Origin: a virus
Taxonomy: Duplodnaviria; Caudoviricetes
Virus record (IMG/VR): IMGVR_UViG_3300028602_000002
Location: 1-64,000 of that record
Strand: one strand, 5' to 3'
DNA: 64,000 nucleotides
Shown: piece after piece, positions 33,801 to 43,813 of the stretch
Numbering within the stretch: position 1 is the first letter of the stretch
Layout of the letters: every line of letters starts with the position of its first letter
Translations under genes and position numbers: made by a program
The notes under the pieces: model-generated
The model's database searches: none
Told to the model about the DNA's origin: nothing
The model's input: only the letters and a program-made list of their open reading frames with translations

Positions 33801-35861
33801 ATTAGAATATTACATGAAAATTGTATAGGGTGTGGATCTTGTTTTAATCGTTGTAAATTAAATGCCATACAAATGAAATTTAACTTTGAAGGATTTTATT
33901 CTGCCTATGTTGATGATAGTTTATGTGTAAATTGTGCAGAGTGTTATAACTATTGTCCTTTAGTTAACAATAATTTAAAGTATAGTGATGAATATGAGTT
34001 TTATGTAGGTCAAAACTTAAATGATGAAATAAGAATGAATAGTTCTTCAGGTGGTATTTTTCATTCTATAGCAAAAACTATATTACAAAAGAATGGTGTG
34101 GTATTTGGGGTTGGTTATAATGAAAGTATGGAAGTTGTTCATTTAGAGGTTGATGACATTAGTGGGTTGAGTAAAATTATGGGTTCTAAGTATGTTCAAA
34201 GTCAAACAGGAACAACTTATGAAAGAGTTGAAAATCTTTTACAGGAAAATAAATTAGTTATGTACAGCGGGACTCCTTGTCAAATAGCTGGATTAAAAAA
34301 GTTTTTAGATAAAAACTATGATAATCTTTATACTGTATCAGTTGTTTGTTTTGGAGTTTCTCCACCACAGTTTTTTCAAGAATACATAAACTATTTAGAA
34401 GAATTTTATAATAATAAAATTATAGATTATAATTTTAGATATAGGGTAAAGAATTGGTTAGACTTTGGTACTAAAATATTTTTCCAGAATGGTATGACTA
34501 AGACATGGTCAAGAAAAGATTCTTTTTATTTCTATTGGTTTTCACAGAGATTGTATTTATCAAAAAATTGTAGTGATTGTCAATTTAGAATGAATAATGT
34601 GCAGTCAGATATTTGGTTAGGAGATTTCTGGAAATTTAAAAAAGGTTATGAAAAACTAGTGGACTTTAAAGGAACATCTATAATTTGTGTTAATAAAAGA
34701 AGTAAAAACTTATTTACTAACGAGATAAAAAAGTCTAAGATTGATTACTCACAAGGAAAGAAAAGAACTCCTAATATGTATTCTTCTAGGAAATCTCATT
34801 TAGATAGAAAAAACTTTTTTACTAAATGGAAGAGTGAAGGGTTTTATTCTGTATATCTATCATACCTAAGGAAACATTTAAATAAAAATAAAATAGGTAT
34901 CTTTACATTATTTGGTTATTCAAATTATGGAAATCGTTTACAAAATTTTGCTTTACAGCAATTTTTATTACAGTTTGGTTTTGATGTGGAAACAATTGTT
35001 GTACATAATGTTAAGGAAGTAAATCCTTACCTCAAACAATTTAATGATAAATATATTAAAACCAGGTTTATAGAAAGTAAAGATATTAATAAAGTAAAAG
35101 AAGAATATGATTTTTTTATAGTTGGTAGTGATCAAGTATTTAATCATAATTTTAAATCTTTTAAAAATATGAATTTATTTGAAAACTTAAAATCTATTCC
35201 ATCAAATAAATTATTGACATTTTCTGCTAGTTTTGGAGTTGATGATATTCCTTCTACTTTAAAAGGTAAATTCAATGAACATTTAAAACACTATTCTAAT
35301 ATTTCTGTTCGAGAGAATAAAGGCCAGGAAATAGTAAGCAATATATTAAATAAAGAACCTGATATACTAGCTGATCCTGTTTTATTAATTAACAATGATT
35401 GGAATAAATTAGCTTCTTATAAATTTAAGGATAAAAATTCTTATGCTTTTTCATTTTTTCTTAAAAAGAATCCTTACTTAAAGCAAATAAATAATATTTG
35501 TAATCAGTATAATTTAGATTTATTCAATGAAAATACATTATCAGTAGTAGATTTTTTAAGTGCTATTAAATATTCTTCATTAGTTATAACAAATAGTTAT
35601 CATGTAGTTATTTTATCTATTATATTTCAAGTACCATTTTTATTGGTAGAAAATAGAGAGCAAATGACTTCTAGGTTTGATACATTATTATATAACTTTG
35701 GACTACAGGATAGAAAGATAATGGTAGATGAATATCCAGTTATTAATTTATTAGAAATTGATTACAGTAGTAATAATAAAATATTATCTACTGAAAAAGA
35801 TAAAGCAATTAAATTTTTAATAAAAGCCATAGGAATGGAGGACAAATATGATAAACCCTAA
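33801..35861 (+). CDS. fusion: 4Fe-4S/FrhB-like domain plus polysaccharide pyruvyl-transferase-family domain, probable ATT start
   Basis: CIGCGSC, CVNCAEC, SSSGG, SKYVQS and GTPCQ; then NYGN.LQ, GSDQV, SVRE, DPV and TNSYH. Confidence 0.85.
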   Translation: MRILHENCIGCGSCFNRCKLNAIQMKFNFEGFYSAYVDDSLCVNCAECYNYCPLVNNNLKYSDEYEFYVGQNLNDEIRMNSSSGGIFHSIAKTILQKNGVVFGVGYNESMEVVHLEVDDISGLSKIMGSKYVQSQTGTTYERVENLLQENKLVMYSGTPCQIAGLKKFLDKNYDNLYTVSVVCFGVSPPQFFQEYINYLEEFYNNKIIDYNFRYRVKNWLDFGTKIFFQNGMTKTWSRKDSFYFYWFSQRLYLSKNCSDCQFRMNNVQSDIWLGDFWKFKKGYEKLVDFKGTSIICVNKRSKNLFTNEIKKSKIDYSQGKKRTPNMYSSRKSHLDRKNFFTKWKSEGFYSVYLSYLRKHLNKNKIGIFTLFGYSNYGNRLQNFALQQFLLQFGFDVETIVVHNVKEVNPYLKQFNDKYIKTRFIESKDINKVKEEYDFFIVGSDQVFNHNFKSFKNMNLFENLKSIPSNKLLTFSASFGVDDIPSTLKGKFNEHLKHYSNISVRENKGQEIVSNILNKEPDILADPVLLINNDWNKLASYKFKDKNSYAFSFFLKKNPYLKQINNICNQYNLDLFNENTLSVVDFLSAIKYSSLVITNSYHVVILSIIFQVPFLLVENREQMTSRFDTLLYNFGLQDRKIMVDEYPVINLLEIDYSSNNKILSTEKDKAIKFLIKAIGMEDKYDKP

Positions 35862-36777
35862 GCTGTTATATTTTGGATTTCAGCACATTGATACTGTTGA
35901 CTTATTTGGAGATTACTATCATACAGTAAAGATGGAAGATACTCCACATTATAAATTTTTATTAGGAGATACACAACCATATAGGGAATACATTAAAAGA
36001 AGTTTTAATTATTATAATATAAATACTAGTGTTGATGATAAGGTTAAGGTATTTATTAACTTATTAGAGGATATTAAAAATAATGGTTGTAAAAATCCTA
36101 TTAAAGTAGTTAAAAGATTTGATGGTAAATTTTTAAGTGTTGGTGGACAGCATCGAGCTGCTATTAGTTTATACTTAAATAGAGAAGTTCCTGCTAAAGT
36201 GTTAAAATTGGATAAGTACATAACTAAAGTTGCTAATGTTCCAGGTTCAGAGTTTGGGATGAGAAGTAGCGGAACTCCTTATCATAGCCTCTTTTATAAT
36301 GGAAAAGAATTGATAAAGGGTAGGAGAAGAGATACTTTAAAAAGAATGTTAATGATAGATAAGAAAGATATAGAAAATAAAATTATTTTAGACGTTGGGT
36401 GTAATATTGGTGCTGCGACGGTTTTAGCTTCACAATATGGTGCCGCCAAAGTGTGGGGAATAGATGTTGATAAGGAGCTTTTAACTGCTGCCATAAGGTT
36501 GAATACCTTATTTGGCTTCTCTTGTTATTATAAAAATATTAATGTTGGGAGGTTCCCACTCCCTAAATGTGATACTGCTTTTGTATTTGCTGTTGATCAA
36601 CATATTAATGATGATGAAGGACTATCTAGATCTTTACAAGAAAGTGTGTCAGAAATTGTTTATTTTGAAACTCATAAAAAAAGTTCAATGCCAGTTTTAA
36701 TTAAGGAGATTTTTAAACAAATTGATTTAGTGGGGAAATTGGGTAGTCGAAAGTTATATAGAGCTGAAATGAAATGA
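35848..36777 (+). CDS. ParB/Srx-like domain fused to a class I SAM methyltransferase
   Basis: L..DIK.NG...PI...GGQHRAA, then LDVGCNIG. Confidence 0.75.
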   Translation: MINPKLLYFGFQHIDTVDLFGDYYHTVKMEDTPHYKFLLGDTQPYREYIKRSFNYYNINTSVDDKVKVFINLLEDIKNNGCKNPIKVVKRFDGKFLSVGGQHRAAISLYLNREVPAKVLKLDKYITKVANVPGSEFGMRSSGTPYHSLFYNGKELIKGRRRDTLKRMLMIDKKDIENKIILDVGCNIGAATVLASQYGAAKVWGIDVDKELLTAAIRLNTLFGFSCYYKNINVGRFPLPKCDTAFVFAVDQHINDDEGLSRSLQESVSEIVYFETHKKSSMPVLIKEIFKQIDLVGKLGSRKLYRAEMK

Positions 36778-37421
36778 TAAAAATTCCTAAAATTATTCAT
36801 TTTATTTGGGTAGGTACAAAACCTTTTCCTTTTGATAAGAATATTAAAATTTGGAAATCTTATCATTTAGATTGGAAATTTAATTTGTGGACTGATAGTA
36901 ATATTCCTCTATTATATAATCAGGATATCTATAACAAAGTTCCTATTGAAGCTATTAAAGCTGATATTTTAAGGATTGAATTATTATATAACTATGGAGG
37001 GATTTATATTGATGTTGATAGTTGGTGCTTAAAATCTATAAATCCTTTAATTGATAATTTAACTTTATTTAGCAGTACCACTAGAGGGAAAAGCAGAAGA
37101 GTTAATAATGGGTTTTTAGGAAGCGTAATTAATCACCCAGCTTACTATGAGGCAGTTTATAGTTTACCTGTTTATTGGGAGAATTTACAAAAACAAATGA
37201 AACAATTTCCTATATATTGTTTTGGTGGGACTCAGTATCTACATAATATTTTAACTAAGTATAATGACTTTGTACAAATTGATAAGAATAAAAAAGAAGA
37301 GAGAGGTCGATTTATTTGTTCTTCTGTTGCATCAACAAATGAAACATATATAGTACAAAATTATGCTGGTACATGGAAAAAGAAAATGTTACCAGGGAAG
37401 AAATGGAAGGTGATTAAGTGA
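36774..37421 (+). CDS. GT32/OCH1-like DXD glycosyltransferase
   Basis: IPKIIHFIWVG and ADILR.ELLY.YGGIY.D.D motifs. Confidence 0.9.
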   Translation: MIKIPKIIHFIWVGTKPFPFDKNIKIWKSYHLDWKFNLWTDSNIPLLYNQDIYNKVPIEAIKADILRIELLYNYGGIYIDVDSWCLKSINPLIDNLTLFSSTTRGKSRRVNNGFLGSVINHPAYYEAVYSLPVYWENLQKQMKQFPIYCFGGTQYLHNILTKYNDFVQIDKNKKEERGRFICSSVASTNETYIVQNYAGTWKKKMLPGKKWKVIK

Positions 37422-38089
37422 TAGTTATTATTTTAGCTGGCGGGAAAGCTAAGAGATGGAAGAATTATATGGGGATTGAAAATAAATATTTAGTTGAAAT
37501 AGATGGAGAACCAGTTTACTTAAGAACAATTAGACTACTTAAAGAACTAGGGATTGAAAAATTTTACTTATCCTCAAATAATGAAAAACTTAAAATTCAT
37601 CCTGAATACCATCAAGCCACTTATAAATCAGGTACAGATTTAGATAGATTTTATGATACTCAAGAAATATGGAATAATTCAAAAGAAGATGTATTATTTC
37701 TTTATGGAGATGTGTACTATACTAAACAAGCATTAAAAATAATTTGTGAAACTCCTGCTAAGCCAAAATTTGTTACCTTTGGAAGATATCGTAATAAAAA
37801 ATATCCTGGTGAAAAAGCTAATGAGATTTTTGCTTTAAAAATAAAAGATAAAAAATTATTTAAGCAATCTTTAGCAAAAGCGGAAAAGATGTTTAAAGAA
37901 GGTAAGATTAAAGCGGCGCAAGGTTGGCAAGTTCATAGATTAATGTTGAATATACAACCAACAAGGGGAGGTAAACCAAATTTAAGGAACTTTGTTTCTA
38001 TTGAAGATATAACTACTGATTTTGATAAAGGCAAAGATTATGAAATATGGATGGAGCAAACTCAAGGCTTAAGAGATAAATATGAGTAA
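37418..38089 (+). CDS. NTP transferase (LicC/MobA-like nucleotidyltransferase)
   Basis: ILAGG.A.RW, K.L..I.GE, LYGDV and DFD motifs. Confidence 0.8.
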   Translation: MIVIILAGGKAKRWKNYMGIENKYLVEIDGEPVYLRTIRLLKELGIEKFYLSSNNEKLKIHPEYHQATYKSGTDLDRFYDTQEIWNNSKEDVLFLYGDVYYTKQALKIICETPAKPKFVTFGRYRNKKYPGEKANEIFALKIKDKKLFKQSLAKAEKMFKEGKIKAAQGWQVHRLMLNIQPTRGGKPNLRNFVSIEDITTDFDKGKDYEIWMEQTQGLRDKYE

Positions 38090-38244
38090 TTTAGCAGCTT
38101 ATTTGAAGATGTCTATAAGGATAATAAGCAGAAAATATACCATATTTACATATGGGAAAAATTAAGCGGAAGAAGTAGCCACTTATTTTACAACTAAAGA
38201 ATTAATTTAACCCAGCTTAGTTGTCATCCAAGACATTTTAAGCT

Positions 38245-38285
38245 AGCCCAGAAGCACAATTTTGTGCGACTGGGCTTTTCTTTTG
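38245..38285 (+). terminator. intrinsic terminator preceded by a second hairpin (38215-38244)
   Basis: GCCCCAG...CTGGGC hairpin plus T tract. Confidence 0.55.
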
Positions 38286-38410
38286 TGCTGACTTCTTATA
38301 TAAGGTGAAAATTTCTGCGGTGACTACTGAGGCACATCTCTCGTTGCTATATATATATAAGAATAATAATATGTCCATTTATGCTTAATTGGGAAGAAAG
38401 GAGCCCTACA

Positions 38411-38788
38411 ATGACACAAGGAATATATGAGATTTATTGCCTTAGTAATCATCGGCGTTACATAGGAAGTTCACGCAATATTGAGAAAAGATGGGAGAAT
38501 CATATTAGTTCATTGAATAATAATTCTCACCATAATCATTATTTACAAAAAGCTTGGATGAATTATGGAGAAGGTAATTTTGTTTTTTGTATTTTAGAAG
38601 AAGTTAACGAAGAAAGTAATTTATTTAAAACAGAAGAGAAATATATTAAGAAATTTAAGTTTAATAGATTATTTAATATTATGAGAAAGCCTGGAGCAGT
38701 CCCTAAAAAAACTAGTAAGTGGGCTAAAATAAAAGAGAAGCGAGATAAGGAAAGAGAGAAAGAAGAGTTTGCTTGGGGAGTTAATTAA
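38411..38788 (+). CDS. GIY-YIG endonuclease
   Basis: GIYEI...YIGSS...R...H...N..LQ.AW..YG. Confidence 0.9.
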   Translation: MTQGIYEIYCLSNHRRYIGSSRNIEKRWENHISSLNNNSHHNHYLQKAWMNYGEGNFVFCILEEVNEESNLFKTEEKYIKKFKFNRLFNIMRKPGAVPKKTSKWAKIKEKRDKEREKEEFAWGVN

Positions 38789-38803
38789 AAGGAGGAGAGA
38801 ATA

Positions 38804-39964
38804 ATGAAGATAGATTTTATTGCTTCAGAACAGCACTTTTGCTCTCATTTAAAACCTATATGGGATAATTTACCAATAGATATAAAAGGAAATTTTTATA
38901 TTAGGTCTAATTTAAAATTAGATATTCCATATCTTTATAAGAAACCATTCAGTACTACATCAGTTTTGGTTAGAAAACTACAAGAAAGAGATAGTAATAA
39001 TTTTATTTTAGGTGCTGGCTATGGAGAAGTATCAAAGCTTAAGCAACATCCTTTCCCAATGATTCTAACGGAGCATGGAGCAGGGCAAAAGTATTTATCT
39101 GATCATCCTTCATATTCTAGTGGTAAGGGATTTAAACATAATGTTTACCTTTTCTTGTCACCAAATGATTTTAATGCTACTGGTCATAAGGAAAATTATC
39201 CTAATACTCCAGTAGAAATTATTGGCTGCCCTAAGTTAGATCAGTGGATTTTTACTCCAAAACCTAAAAATGATATTCCTGTTGTTTGTATATCTTTTCA
39301 TTGGGATTGTCATATTGTTCCTGAAACCAGAAGTACGTGGGACTATTATAAGGATAGCTTAAATGAATTAATAAGTGCTAAGGAATTTAAATTAATTGGT
39401 CATGCTCATCCTAGAATTTTTAAAAAAGTTAAAAAAGTGTATGATGAGTTGGGTATTGAAATTTATGAAAATTTTGATGACGTAATCAATTTAGCTGATG
39501 TCTATGTTTGCGATAATAGTTCTACTATTTTTGAGTTTGCTGCTCTTGATCGTCCAGTAGTTATATTAAATGCTCCTTTTTATCGTAGAAGTGTAGAACA
39601 TGGATTAAGATTTTGGGAGTATAGTGATATTGGTTTTAATTGTAATGAGCCATCTGAGCTTTATGAAACAATATTAAAAACAATTAACCAAGATGAATTA
39701 AAAGCGAATAGAAGAAAAGAGATAGTAGAAAAAATTTATCCTTATAAGGGATACGCTAGTCAAATAGCTGTAGGGAAATTATTATCTTTTATTAAAAATT
39801 TTCCTTATACTTCTCTTGAATTAGAAAAGGATTTGAAAAGAAGGTTGTATAATTATCGTCATTCAATTAATCATTTATATACCAGAAAGGGTCAAGATTA
39901 TATGCAATATATTAAAAAATCAAATCAAAAAATCCATGATTTAAAAAGAAGAGAAAGACTATAA
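38804..39964 (+). CDS. CDP-glycerol glycerophosphotransferase (TagB/TagF)-like GT-B protein
   Basis: EHG, GCPKLD, HPR and D.SS.IFEFA.L.RPV motifs. Confidence 0.75.
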   Translation: MKIDFIASEQHFCSHLKPIWDNLPIDIKGNFYIRSNLKLDIPYLYKKPFSTTSVLVRKLQERDSNNFILGAGYGEVSKLKQHPFPMILTEHGAGQKYLSDHPSYSSGKGFKHNVYLFLSPNDFNATGHKENYPNTPVEIIGCPKLDQWIFTPKPKNDIPVVCISFHWDCHIVPETRSTWDYYKDSLNELISAKEFKLIGHAHPRIFKKVKKVYDELGIEIYENFDDVINLADVYVCDNSSTIFEFAALDRPVVILNAPFYRRSVEHGLRFWEYSDIGFNCNEPSELYETILKTINQDELKANRRKEIVEKIYPYKGYASQIAVGKLLSFIKNFPYTSLELEKDLKRRLYNYRHSINHLYTRKGQDYMQYIKKSNQKIHDLKRRERL

Positions 39965-39976
39965 TAGAATAAAGAG

Positions 39977-40273
39977 GTGGTGAGACTAATGGGAGGTATC
40001 AAAAGAGGTTCAGAAAGAGTTTTAACTGAAAAGGTTTTCTTAGATGCCCTAAAGGAAATTAGTGAAGCTGGGAATATAGAAGAAAAAATAGAAGAAATTA
40101 AAACAATATTACAACAAATAGAAATCAATACTATTCCTTTAGAGGAATTAGATTTTAGAGGGCTAGAAGAAGATAAGCCAGAAGCCAATGAAGTTATGGT
40201 TGGAACTACCTATTGGTCAGTTGACACTGGAGAAGTTGAAGTTTCTAATGGAACTGACTGGGTGGTGATATAA
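39977..40273 (+). CDS. small virion-associated protein
   Basis: GL..DKP....GT.YW.VDTG....NG..W fibre-type motif. Confidence 0.65.
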   Translation: MVRLMGGIKRGSERVLTEKVFLDALKEISEAGNIEEKIEEIKTILQQIEINTIPLEELDFRGLEEDKPEANEVMVGTTYWSVDTGEVEVSNGTDWVVI

Positions 40274-41674
40274 TTGGATCCAGTAACACTAGTATTAGCG
40301 AGAAAATATACGGACTCAAAAGTATTTGTTTGGCTGAGTGGAGAAGGTTCTCCTAGTGATGAAATTGGAAAAGAAGGAGATTATTATTTAGATACAGTTA
40401 ATGGCGACATTTATGAAAAAGGGGAAACTCAATGGTCTAATGTTGGCAATATAAAAGGGCCTATTGGTAACCAAGGTATTCAAGGACTTCAAGGTGAAAA
40501 AGGAGACGCTCCAGAACATCAATGGAGTGCAACTAGTCTTAGATTTATGTTACCTGATGGCTCTTGGGGAACTTTTACTGATTTAAAAGGTCAACAAGGA
40601 AATCAGGGACCTGAGGGACCAAGAGGAATTCAGGGAGAACCAGGTATTCAAGGAGATGAGGGGGAAACTGGTCCTCCTGGACCACAAGGACCACCTGGAC
40701 CACCAGGTTCTAAAGGTGATAAGGGTGATCCTGGTGAGGATGGAATGAGTTTTATTCCAGATGAATATGGAGTTTTAGATGAAGCTAAGATTGCTGAGAT
40801 AGAGAGTGATTATGGAGCTACTATAACAGGATGGTATATTTTCATCGTAACTACTGACGAAAGAGTTGATAAGACAACTCCTATAGATCAAGAACTTGAT
40901 GGTTACATTATTGGATATGACTCTGATACTGGGGAATGGCATGCATTCAGTCCTTTTATAGGAACACCTGGAGAGAAAGGTGAAAAAGGAGACACTGGGG
41001 ATCCATTCGTTATACATGCTTCAGGACCTCTGTCTGAACTTGAGAACTATGATGCTGAAGCTAAAGCATTTGTTTACTATGCAGAAGATACTGGTGATGT
41101 ATATATAAAAATGTCTGGAGCTAACGCTGATTGGAGTCCTCCTTATCCTTTTAGAGGACCTAAGGGAGATCAAGGAATTCAAGGTTCTATTGGAGCAACT
41201 GGACCACAAGGACCTACAGGGCAACAAGGTATCCAAGGTATCCAAGGTGAACCTGGTCCACAAGGTGATCAGGGACCTAAAGGGGATAAGGGAGATACTG
41301 GTGATGATGCTAAACTTATCTACAGTCAAATAGAATTAGTTGATGTTGTAGCTAGTCAACAAAATCCTCATATTGAAGAAATAGTAACATCTTTTAACGC
41401 ACCATTTAATTTGCCACCAGTTGAAATTTTAAAATACTATGAAGGCACATACGAAGGTAATGAACCATTAGATCCTGTAGATGAAGATGATTATGAGGAA
41501 CCTACTGAATTTGTGGAATTTGTTAAAGAGCATGTGAACGCTATTAAATTAAGAAATAAGTATAGAAAAGGTATGAAAGATGAGGGTAAAAGAGGCAACG
41601 GAAATCTTTTTTCAGCCCCCGTTAGACTTGGACAACTTAAAAAAATTACTGAACTGGGGGTGGGTAAGAAGTGA
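40274..41674 (+). CDS. collagen-like fibre protein
   Basis: several Gly-X-Y blocks and a G..GDYYLDT.NGD.Y.K motif. Confidence 0.85.
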   Translation: MDPVTLVLARKYTDSKVFVWLSGEGSPSDEIGKEGDYYLDTVNGDIYEKGETQWSNVGNIKGPIGNQGIQGLQGEKGDAPEHQWSATSLRFMLPDGSWGTFTDLKGQQGNQGPEGPRGIQGEPGIQGDEGETGPPGPQGPPGPPGSKGDKGDPGEDGMSFIPDEYGVLDEAKIAEIESDYGATITGWYIFIVTTDERVDKTTPIDQELDGYIIGYDSDTGEWHAFSPFIGTPGEKGEKGDTGDPFVIHASGPLSELENYDAEAKAFVYYAEDTGDVYIKMSGANADWSPPYPFRGPKGDQGIQGSIGATGPQGPTGQQGIQGIQGEPGPQGDQGPKGDKGDTGDDAKLIYSQIELVDVVASQQNPHIEEIVTSFNAPFNLPPVEILKYYEGTYEGNEPLDPVDEDDYEEPTEFVEFVKEHVNAIKLRNKYRKGMKDEGKRGNGNLFSAPVRLGQLKKITELGVGKK

Positions 41675-42777
41675 TTATTACAAACTATCTTACATGGGAT
41701 ATAGAATATAAAGAATGGGTCTTAATTGCTGTGGACGGAGTAGAAGAAGAGGATTTTACAGAACATGGTATGACACAAGATGAATTAGATGATGCTTTAT
41801 TACCCGCCAATATAATGACTAAAACAGCAGAGCACTCTCGTAGTTTCTATGAAGGTGAAGAGTATGAGTTATTAATAGATTTACTTGAAATGCTAACTAT
41901 TAATGAAATTACTTTTGTACCTTTAGGAGCTGGAGATTTATTCTTTTTCATTAAAAGCGAAGATGGCATTTTATATTTCTATATTCATGAATATGATGTT
42001 TGGGAGCCACTATTAGATGAATTTGAAAATCCAATAACAGAAGAAGAACTGACAGATGAATTATATAGAGATTATGGAATGACAGTATTAGATGGCTTAG
42101 ACAGAGACGTTTTATTAGAACTAGGAAATTCTTTAAAGTTTCTATTTTGGACAGATATAGAAGATCCTGAAATTAGATTGACGTTTCATGATGTTCCAGA
42201 ATACAATCCTTTAGATTTATTAGATGCTGATGTAGTTGATCTTATGATGTGGACAGATGATATAGAAGAAGGAAATGAATGGGAATTACAAAAGAAAGCG
42301 ATACCTAAAGGGCAACTTAATAGAACTAAAAATTTACCAATTCAAGCGGCTGATAGAATTACTAATATGACTGTTAATGCTACTACTTCTGGAAATGGGA
42401 TAGTGAATTTAATTATTAGTACAGACCAAGGACAAAGTTGGAAGGCTTTTGATGGCTCTCAATGGTTGCAAGTTATTGATGAACCTGAAGAAGTAAAAGC
42501 TAATGGGATGCCACCTGGACTGGTTAATAGTATCTCTAAAGCTCAATGGGGAGCTTTAACTAATAATCAACCTCCTGGCTTAATTCGTCTTGGAGTTTAC
42601 TTAGAACAAGATGAATATGAAGATGAAGCTCAATTAGAAGCTGTGGATGTTGAATTTACTTTTGGTAATAGGTATGAGGATGCGAAGCAGGTTAATAAGT
42701 ATCATTGGGAGAATACAAAACTTATAGTAAGGATTTATGAGAATGGTACTTTTAGGATTAATTATCCTGATGATTAG
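41671..42777 (+). CDS. acidic putative structural protein
   Basis: coupled to the fibre gene; S.D.G.SW..FDG..W motif. Confidence 0.6.
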   Translation: MIITNYLTWDIEYKEWVLIAVDGVEEEDFTEHGMTQDELDDALLPANIMTKTAEHSRSFYEGEEYELLIDLLEMLTINEITFVPLGAGDLFFFIKSEDGILYFYIHEYDVWEPLLDEFENPITEEELTDELYRDYGMTVLDGLDRDVLLELGNSLKFLFWTDIEDPEIRLTFHDVPEYNPLDLLDADVVDLMMWTDDIEEGNEWELQKKAIPKGQLNRTKNLPIQAADRITNMTVNATTSGNGIVNLIISTDQGQSWKAFDGSQWLQVIDEPEEVKANGMPPGLVNSISKAQWGALTNNQPPGLIRLGVYLEQDEYEDEAQLEAVDVEFTFGNRYEDAKQVNKYHWENTKLIVRIYENGTFRINYPDD

Positions 42778-42805
42778 GTTAATGGAGTAATTTGGAGGTA
42801 ATATT

Positions 42806-43801
42806 ATGCAGAATAAGAAAGGAAATAAGCCGAAGAAATTGGCACAAGAGTTACAAGAGTTTATTAGTCGACTAGAAAAAGAAATAAATGTTAATAAGGT
42901 TTTCAAAAGAGAGTGTAAAGTTTGTCACCAAATGTTAGAAGAAACTAAGTTTTTTAAGGGAAGAAATCCTTTCTTTATGGATGGTAGAATTAATGTTTGT
43001 CGTAATTGTATTAGTCAGTTAGTGGATCCTCATAACCCTTTAGAAGTTCAATACGTTTTATCACTTATGTTTTTACCTTATGTGGAAGAAGTATGGGAGT
43101 CAGTTTTAGCTAAAGAAGAAAATCTTTTGGGTACTTATGTTTCTAAAATGAATTTACTACAGTATAAAAACTTAGAACCTGCAGTAGTTCATAGGCTGAA
43201 ATCTCAGTTGGATAAGTTCCAACAAGACCCTTATCAATCAAGGATAGATTTAATGACTGAAGATGAATTGGCTTACTTAAGGGCTGAATGGGGAGGCAAC
43301 TGGACAGATAAAGAGTGTCTTAAAATGCAAGACTATTACAATGAAATGAAAAGAGATTTTAATATTTCTAATAAAGCTCATGATGATTATTTAAAAAAGA
43401 TAATTAAAACTTCTTTAACAGCAGATAAAAAACTTGAAGAGGGAGAAATGGGAGAGTATGCTAAGGTAAGTAAAATTTATAATGATTTAATGAAAGCCGC
43501 AGAATTCTCTGAAGCCTCTAAAAAAGATAAGCGAAATGATGATGGTATTAACGCTGTTGGTTTGATATATGCTTTAGCAGAGAAGAAAAAATTTATTCCT
43601 AAATATCATTATGAGGACAATCCAGATATTATAGATAAAACAGAGAAAAATCTAAAATCTTGGATGCATAAATTAATTGCTAATGAAGCTGATTTAAATA
43701 TCTTATTAGAGAACGCCGCTAAGAGAGTTGTTGAGCAAGAGAAGAAAGAAGAACAGATGAGTGAATATGCTGATATTGAACAACTTGAAGATGGACTATA
43801 A
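42806..43801 (+). CDS. putative terminase small subunit (zinc-finger N-terminus)
   Basis: CxxC..CxxC; directly upstream of terL. Confidence 0.5.
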   Translation: MQNKKGNKPKKLAQELQEFISRLEKEINVNKVFKRECKVCHQMLEETKFFKGRNPFFMDGRINVCRNCISQLVDPHNPLEVQYVLSLMFLPYVEEVWESVLAKEENLLGTYVSKMNLLQYKNLEPAVVHRLKSQLDKFQQDPYQSRIDLMTEDELAYLRAEWGGNWTDKECLKMQDYYNEMKRDFNISNKAHDDYLKKIIKTSLTADKKLEEGEMGEYAKVSKIYNDLMKAAEFSEASKKDKRNDDGINAVGLIYALAEKKKFIPKYHYEDNPDIIDKTEKNLKSWMHKLIANEADLNILLENAAKRVVEQEKKEEQMSEYADIEQLEDGL

Positions 43802-43813
43802 GGGGGTTTTGAG

